Below are positions 58,749-64,000 of a stretch of DNA of 64,000 nucleotides, in pieces (positions within the stretch are counted from its first letter, which is position 1; every line of letters starts with the position of its first letter). Source of the stretch: Candidatus Kaiserbacteria bacterium (lineage in GTDB: Bacteria; Patescibacteriota; Minisyncoccia; Phycocordibacterales; UBA918); the NCBI GenBank assembly GCA_020428795.1, contig JAGQME010000002.1, forward strand, positions 3,374 to 67,373, given 5' to 3'. A model generated the notes under the pieces. The model saw only the letters and a program-made list of their open reading frames with translations, ran no database searches and was not told where the DNA came from. Both the position numbers and the translations under genes were made by a program.

Positions 58749-59075
58749 TTAAAGAGAAGCTAGTTCTCGACTCCAACATGGAGCTGACGCATTCCAAGGT
58801 TTGGTACCTTGTTGCTCATAGAGCATTCTGGCGTACTCCATATTGTCGTAAATATTTTCAAGATTGAGTCCCAGTTCTTTAGCTTTCGCACCGTGGTAGT
58901 AAGAGTTAATTTGCATTACTCCCGTGTCTCGACTATCAACCTTTCCGCGTAGGACTGAACCGTCAGCTAAGGTATGTCTGAACATTGACTCACATTTTGC
59001 TACTTGCACCATTACTGGTATGTCACTAAAGTAATCTCTTACAATTCCTTCAGTGTCAGCCGTTGTCACATTCAC
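58749..59075 (-). CDS. lytic-transglycosylase-like (SLT-type) small protein; 5' end uncertain
   Basis: CESMFRH...DTGVMQIN follows the E-S...G-x-MQ pattern of SLT catalytic domains. The annotated start is GTG. A signal-peptide-like in-frame upstream extension has no canonical start codon. Confidence 0.45.
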   Translation of the reverse strand: MNVTTADTEGIVRDYFSDIPVMVQVAKCESMFRHTLADGSVLRGKVDSRDTGVMQINSYYHGAKAKELGLNLENIYDNMEYARMLYEQQGTKPWNASAPCWSRELASL

Positions 59076-59478
59076 TTCTACTACCTTATTCGAATCAATA
59101 GTAACTTGACCATAAGCGGTCTCCCCTTGAACGAACGATCCGGTAGCAGTTACAGCAATAATTGCTGAAATGACAGTGGATATAATAAGCCGTTTGTCTT
59201 ATCTAACAAATAAGCGAGCGAAGTTGTAGCCACCCTACCCTGTCTAGGATATTTAAATAGCTATAACAAAACGAGCGCCATATGTATAACCTATTACAGC
59301 CATACAAATGCCAGCTTTCGCTGACAACCGCACAATACTATCACAAATTGCGGATTTTTATTATTATAGCATAATTTACTATTTATGTCAATATAAGCTA
59401 GCTAAATGTGTCTGGTTTTACATGAGCCGATTTGCGTATAAATAAACTATAATACGCCTATTAATTAGATTTATGTAA

Positions 59479-60318
59479 CTAAACTTTTTCGCTTAAAATA
59501 GCCATAGCACCATACAGTCCACCAGTATCTTTAAAGGTAGCATCTAGTATCAAAGGGCACGGTACCACGTCATCAAGAACAGCGTTGGTGTGTCTGATAA
59601 TATCATCTAAAAGAATCCGAGGATCACCAATAATCATTGAGCCACCAAGCACAATCACATCCGGCGACCAGTACAGTATCGTGTTGCGAAGGCCGTGGGC
59701 CAAATAAAAAGCCAGCTGGTCCCAAATAGCATCTTCTTGTGGTATCTCGTAAGGCTCTACTCCCATCCGTTCTTTAATGGCGCCACCAGAGACCAGATTT
59801 TCTAGCGTCGGTTCTTGATCTTCGCCTAAGATAGTATGGTCAATATCTAGTATTTGGTGACCCGGTTCAAAACCAGTAGAAAAATCATCTATCTTTCCCC
59901 TTTCGATTTTAACCCCTCCGACTCCGGTACTAACAGTGTGATAAACTACAATCTCATGACCTTGACCAGAGCCAAAGTGCACCTCACCCATCCCCACTAC
60001 GGCCGTATCGTTTTCTAAAAATATCTTTGTATTTAATTTCTCTTCCAGTTGCTTTATAAAAGGTTCATCCACCCAACCAGTCAAAACGGTATCGTGGACC
60101 ATCTCAGTTTTATCGGCATTTAGAGTGCCCCTAATACCACCAGCCATACCTCTAATTGGTTCACTGGTAAGTGACGAAATAGCTTTAACCATTTCCTCGA
60201 CTCCTTTCTTGGCGGTTTTCGGTGTTTTATATTTAACCACCTCACCCAAGGTTTTTAGATCATCACTTAAGGCGACTCTGGTCTTAGTGCCACCGATATC
60301 AAATAATACATAAGTCAT
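59479..60318 (-). CDS. ROK-family sugar kinase (glucokinase-like)
   Basis: VLFDIGGTKTRVAL N-terminal ATP motif and an actin-fold sugar kinase layout. The classical ROK zinc motif is not obvious. Confidence 0.7.
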   Translation of the reverse strand: MTYVLFDIGGTKTRVALSDDLKTLGEVVKYKTPKTAKKGVEEMVKAISSLTSEPIRGMAGGIRGTLNADKTEMVHDTVLTGWVDEPFIKQLEEKLNTKIFLENDTAVVGMGEVHFGSGQGHEIVVYHTVSTGVGGVKIERGKIDDFSTGFEPGHQILDIDHTILGEDQEPTLENLVSGGAIKERMGVEPYEIPQEDAIWDQLAFYLAHGLRNTILYWSPDVIVLGGSMIIGDPRILLDDIIRHTNAVLDDVVPCPLILDATFKDTGGLYGAMAILSEKV

Positions 60319-60334
60319 AACTATCCCAAGGTCA

Positions 60335-61084
60335 TTACACCTGTCTTACTGAATTACAATTTACATTTTTCAAAATATACTTGTAGGCATCGTCAACGGT
60401 ATCTACCAAGTGAAATATTTCCAAATCTTCCGGACTGATGGTTTTATATTTCTTGAGCATTACCTTTTCAGCAAAAGCTAACATTGGTTCCCAGAAATCT
60501 TTACCGTAAAGCACTACTGGAATCGGTTCGATTTTTTTGGTTTGTATCAGAGTCACTATTTCAAATAATTCATCCATGGTTCCAAAACCACCGGGGAAAT
60601 AGATATAAACCTCAGAAGCCAAGGATAACATCACCTTACGTGAAAAAAAGAAATCAAAATTTAATGATTCAGTGGTGTAAGGATTTAGTTTTTGTTCAAA
60701 CGGTAATTGTATATTAAAACCAATCGACTTCCCACCTACCTTAAAACCACCAACATTAGCCGCTTCCATAATACCCGGCCCTCCACCAGTCATAATCGTA
60801 AAGCCCTTTTTAGCTAATCTAGACGAAAGTTCTTCAGCTGCTTTATAGTAAGGATCAGCCGGATTAGTTCTAGCGCTACCAAATACAGTGGCCGCCAACC
60901 CGTGTTTTCTCAATATTTCAAAGCCCTGCACAAACTCAGACATGATTCTGAAAATTCGCCATGACTGAATAGCATCACCATTTTCTCCACCCGGATCAAG
61001 CAGATCAGTTACTACCCGACAATGCGGTACGATCTTACTTTTATGTACCTTAACCTTACCTCTACCAAATAACTTTTTTACCAT
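60335..61084 (-). CDS. LOG-family protein (TIGR00730; cytokinin riboside 5'-monophosphate phosphoribohydrolase-like)
   Basis: VFGSARTNP...MTGGGPGIMEAAN...PGGFGTMDELFE are the LOG signature motifs. Confidence 0.8.
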   Translation of the reverse strand: MVKKLFGRGKVKVHKSKIVPHCRVVTDLLDPGGENGDAIQSWRIFRIMSEFVQGFEILRKHGLAATVFGSARTNPADPYYKAAEELSSRLAKKGFTIMTGGGPGIMEAANVGGFKVGGKSIGFNIQLPFEQKLNPYTTESLNFDFFFSRKVMLSLASEVYIYFPGGFGTMDELFEIVTLIQTKKIEPIPVVLYGKDFWEPMLAFAEKVMLKKYKTISPEDLEIFHLVDTVDDAYKYILKNVNCNSVRQV

Positions 61085-61174
61085 TATGAATAGTGTATCA
61101 CTAAGAACAACCGACTAAGAAAAATTACGTGTATAAGATTAAGATTTTGAGTCAGACAGACTCTAAGAAACTGT

Positions 61175-61768
61175 CTAAAGCCACGGAATTGGTAAATGAG
61201 AAAATTCTGCTAGCAAAGGTTTGTCATATAACAAACGAGAAGTGACCTCGGCGTGAGAGAGAGCGCCCGTTAAAGCATTGTGTGGTTTCGGTTCTTCTGG
61301 TATACCGCAGTAATTTAAGACAGCATCGAGATCTAGGGCTGATCTTTTGTGTTGAGGATCAATCGGTGGCTTTAGACCTCGTTTAATCATATGCATGTAG
61401 CACATAGTATGAGTGTCCAGAGTACGGTAAGCCAACATCCAAGACAAATGGGCACGGAAAGCCGCTGCTCGTAAAAAATCTCTGTCAAAAGACGGATTTT
61501 GTCCGACAATCGTTTTGTCTCCCAAATGCTCGGACCACTCCAAAAACTGTGTAACAAGCTCCCCTTCAGTCATTTTGGTCTCGTCCAATATTTCAGCTTC
61601 AGTAAAACCATTAACGGCTAAGGCTCCGTCCATTATATGAGCCCCGTCCCAAATCTTGCACTCACCATAAAAACGATTGTCGGGATTGTTAAAATCAATA
61701 GCCCCGATTGAGACTATCGAATGAACGTTATACTCAGTTCCTGATCCTTCAACATCTACTATTAACAT
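61175..61768 (-). CDS. DEDDh-family 3'-5' exonuclease domain protein (DnaQ-like)
   Basis: IVDVEGSG (Exo I D-x-E), a DRDF region (Exo II), and HNALTGALSHA (Exo III H-x4-D-like). Confidence 0.6.
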   Translation of the reverse strand: MLIVDVEGSGTEYNVHSIVSIGAIDFNNPDNRFYGECKIWDGAHIMDGALAVNGFTEAEILDETKMTEGELVTQFLEWSEHLGDKTIVGQNPSFDRDFLRAAAFRAHLSWMLAYRTLDTHTMCYMHMIKRGLKPPIDPQHKRSALDLDAVLNYCGIPEEPKPHNALTGALSHAEVTSRLLYDKPLLAEFSHLPIPWL

Positions 61769-61770
61769 AT

Positions 61771-62607
61771 CTAATTGTCTATATTATTTTCAATTCTAAT
61801 ATCAATCTGACGGTTTTTCATTTCATCATGTACCTTGGCAAAAGCGGCTCCAAAATAAACAAAAGAGGTGCTGACATAAACCCACAACAACAAAACCAAA
61901 GCTACTCCGGCGGCTCCAAACAAATCAGGAATGGGAGTAACCGCAATATGAAAAGAGACAAAAGTTTTACCCATCACAAAACACAAAGCAGCGATAAGAC
62001 CGCCATAAACCCGACTCTCCAAGCTCGGTATATCAGACAGGGGTAAGACACTAAACAAGAGAACCACCAAGACTGTAAAAGCAAAAACGTAAAGAATATT
62101 AATAAGATAAGTAGCAAAAGGGGCTCCTTCAAAAATGAGAGCGAAGGCGAATTCGGCTGCAATCAAGGCAATAATAAAAATTTGCAAGATAAAAACGTAG
62201 ACCAAAGCTCGAACAGATTTTTGAAAAGTGGCCAAAAAGCCAATGTGTGAACTACCCCAGATATTATGCAACCCCTTGGTAAAGGTGTTCATAAATATCA
62301 GTACCGCCAAAAGTAGAAAAGTTGCTCCCACCACCGGCGCAAATAACACAGGTGGATTATTAGACAGATTAGCTACCGCTTCCTTCAACAAGAGAACGAC
62401 ACCGGTTCCCATACCACTCCCCCAGGCCAACATTACTTCGACCACATATTCCTCACCGTAGAGAATACTAACCACGTAGAGTGAGAACAAAATCAGGGGC
62501 ACTAAAGCAAACATGGCGTAATAAGAAACCGCCGCCGCCATAGTATCGGCACCAGAGTGATACCATAATAAACCGGCTTGTTTAAATAATTTAATCACAG
62601 TCTTCAT
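61771..62607 (-). CDS. YihY/BrkB-family membrane protein
   Basis: The N-terminus MKTVIKLFKQAGLLWYHSGADTMAAAVSYYAMFALVPLILF is typical of YihY (formerly called RNase BN). It has six TM helices. Confidence 0.8.
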   Translation of the reverse strand: MKTVIKLFKQAGLLWYHSGADTMAAAVSYYAMFALVPLILFSLYVVSILYGEEYVVEVMLAWGSGMGTGVVLLLKEAVANLSNNPPVLFAPVVGATFLLLAVLIFMNTFTKGLHNIWGSSHIGFLATFQKSVRALVYVFILQIFIIALIAAEFAFALIFEGAPFATYLINILYVFAFTVLVVLLFSVLPLSDIPSLESRVYGGLIAALCFVMGKTFVSFHIAVTPIPDLFGAAGVALVLLLWVYVSTSFVYFGAAFAKVHDEMKNRQIDIRIENNIDN

Positions 62608-63017
62608 AAACCTTTACAATTACCGGCCGGAGTATAGCCCTTACTTTCGGCTTCAGCAATTGAACTAAAGTATACCTTATTTTCTTCCTTTATTTGCTTG
62701 GCCCCCGGACAACTAAGAAGATGATACTTGGAGCCGTTTTTTGAACCAACATAAGCCTTTTCTGAGACCGGCTCCGAACTAACCGGATTTATAGGATCAG
62801 TTACCTCCGCCTTAGCGGTTGGTGGCGACACTGTAACCATGGCCGACTGCTCAATATCGACGACTGGGCCAACAATATGGCTAGAATCAACAACCGATAA
62901 TCGTCCTAAACCAAAAGAGGTCGCCCCAATTAACAGAATCAACCCACTGTAGAATAACGAATCTTCAACCAATAAGGCCTTGAATTTATTGAACTTATCT
63001 TGTATACTCTCACCCAT
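62604..63017 (-). CDS. membrane-anchored protein with a Cys-depleted Ada-N-like (metal-binding-domain-like) C-terminal module
   Basis: N-terminal TM. The C-terminal YVGSKNGSKYHLLSCPGAKQIKEENKVYFSSIAEAESKGYTPAGNCKG aligns with the Ada N-terminal Zn domain pattern (YxGxK...SCP...ENxVxFxSxxEA...GYxPCK). Only two of the four Cys are present. Confidence 0.45.
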   Translation of the reverse strand: MGESIQDKFNKFKALLVEDSLFYSGLILLIGATSFGLGRLSVVDSSHIVGPVVDIEQSAMVTVSPPTAKAEVTDPINPVSSEPVSEKAYVGSKNGSKYHLLSCPGAKQIKEENKVYFSSIAEAESKGYTPAGNCKGL

Positions 63018-63045
63018 TATATTTCATTTATTATAACGTAATTAT

Positions 63046-63324
63046 ATGTCAACTAAGAAAGCCGGTGGTACTTCCAAAAACCTGCGTGACTCCAAGCCAA
63101 AATACCTTGGAGTAAAACGTAACGACGGACAGCGAGTGAAAACTGGCGAAGTTTTGGTCCGACAACGAGGAACTAAAATTGAGGCCGGAAAAAACGTTAA
63201 GGTAGCTAACGACCATACCCTATTTGCTTTGTGTGATGGTGTGGTAGCCTTCAAGAATGTGCGCAAGACAAAATTCGACGGTACTACTAGATCAAAGAAA
63301 TCTGTCGAGGTGATTGCTTCGTAG
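63046..63324 (+). CDS. rpmA: 50S ribosomal protein L27
   Basis: [23 protein letters not shown]...[14 protein letters not shown]...DHTLFAL. Confidence 0.9.
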   Translation: MSTKKAGGTSKNLRDSKPKYLGVKRNDGQRVKTGEVLVRQRGTKIEAGKNVKVANDHTLFALCDGVVAFKNVRKTKFDGTTRSKKSVEVIAS

Positions 63325-63340
63325 GTTTGAGATCGACAGA

Positions 63341-63384
63341 AAACAAAGAGGGCGCCCATACATGGGCGCCCTCTTTGTTTTATC
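63341..63384. terminator. bidirectional rho-independent terminator (acaaagagggcgccc-atacat-gggcgccctctttgt + TTT)
   Basis: 15-bp GC-rich stem between convergent rpmA and ppiB. Confidence 0.75.
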
Positions 63385-63405
63385 TATTATCGAGTCTTAA
63401 CAACC

Positions 63406-63930
63406 TTAATTAGAACCACCTCGCTCAATGGTAACTGACTCAATAACCACTGGTTCCACCGGCAAATCGTTGGGACCAGTCTCTGTAGTCGATATAGCAT
63501 CGACCACCTCCATACCACTAAGAACCTGACCAAACACCGGGTGTTTAGAAGTTAGTGGTTGTTTATCAAAGTCTAGATTCACATTGTCTCTAGTATTGAT
63601 AAAGAATTGACTACCACCTGAATTTGGTTGACCGGTGTTAGCCATTGAAATGGTGCCTCGAACGTTTGATAACTTAGGATTATCCACAAATTCATCTTGG
63701 ATAGTAAAACCTGGACCACCTTGGCCATAAGTTGATTTGTCCGGACCTTTTGTATTAGGATCACCGGCTTGGATCATGAAATTAGGAATCACCCGATGAA
63801 ATTGGATTCCGTTATAAAAACCTTGTTCGGCTAAAGTGATAAAGTTACCGGTCGTAATCGGCATCACATCTTCAAAAAGTTCAATTTCAATTACTCCTTT
63901 ATTTGTATTTATTATAGCTGTTGGATTCAT
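63406..63930 (-). CDS. ppiB: peptidyl-prolyl cis-trans isomerase, cyclophilin type
   Basis: GNFITLAEQGFYNGIQFHRVIPNFMIQAGDP is the cyclophilin core. Confidence 0.9.
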   Translation of the reverse strand: MNPTAIINTNKGVIEIELFEDVMPITTGNFITLAEQGFYNGIQFHRVIPNFMIQAGDPNTKGPDKSTYGQGGPGFTIQDEFVDNPKLSNVRGTISMANTGQPNSGGSQFFINTRDNVNLDFDKQPLTSKHPVFGQVLSGMEVVDAISTTETGPNDLPVEPVVIESVTIERGGSN

Positions 63931-64000
63931 AGCGTTGGCTGTTTCTATACTTTTAAGTTTCCTCTCTATTTCATCTATTGTCAGTGGGGTATCAGTCGCA

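Noticed and set aside
1-64000. tRNA genes and CRISPR arrays
   Set aside because: I scanned the intergenic spacers for T-arm GGTTCGAATCC-like motifs or cloverleaf-compatible ~75-nt GC-richer blocks, and for regularly spaced direct repeats. None was found. Proper tRNAscan/CRT runs would be needed for certainty.

Overview
This window is dense, mostly plus-strand coding sequence from a low-GC bacterium. A reduced-genome organism (CPR/Patescibacteria-like) is a reasonable inference but is not established. About 70 CDSs are supportable, listed below with coordinates.

Housekeeping content:
- An RND efflux pump with a HlyD-type adaptor sits at the 5' end on the minus strand. The pump is truncated by the window edge.
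- Translation and chaperone genes include ychF, leuS, alaS, trpS, an AspRS/AsnRS-type class IIb synthetase and gltX.
- A ribosomal/alpha operon block runs infA-rpmJ-rpsM-rpsK-rpsD-rpoA-rplQ-rplM-rpsI, followed by grpE-dnaK-dnaJ.
- Cell-wall genes include mltG, a dacA-like carboxypeptidase, mraY, ftsW, murG, an M23 peptidase and murI.
- scpA and scpB are both present but are separated by an insertion (see below).
- Several small nucleotide hydrolases are present: three YfbR-like HD proteins, a SpoT-like HD protein, a HIT protein, a LOG protein and a DEDDh exonuclease.

No tRNA, rRNA or CRISPR array was found by eye.

The features most worth a second look are:
1. A Nudix hydrolase domain with an intact Nudix box inserted in-frame inside LeuS.
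2. An ~890-bp insertion splitting scpA from scpB. It contains an ~415-bp island of roughly 70% GC full of stable hairpins, plus a well-initiated 47-codon ORF. Its identity is unresolved. It could be a structured ncRNA or foreign DNA; it does not match RNase P, tmRNA or SRP RNA motifs by eye.
3. A 1.1-kb ORF-free convergent intergenic region carrying four long perfect palindromes of 42-56 nt.
4. A bacterial SET-domain protein next to membrane proteins and an orphan histidine kinase.
5. A small DNA-processing cluster: an ATP-cone/Mrr-like nuclease fusion, a Cas4-like Fe-S PD-(D/E)XK nuclease and a minimal MGMT.
6. A lytic-transglycosylase-like gene whose signal-peptide-like N-terminus has no canonical start codon.
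7. A Cys-less L36 and an rpmA with no rplU beside it.
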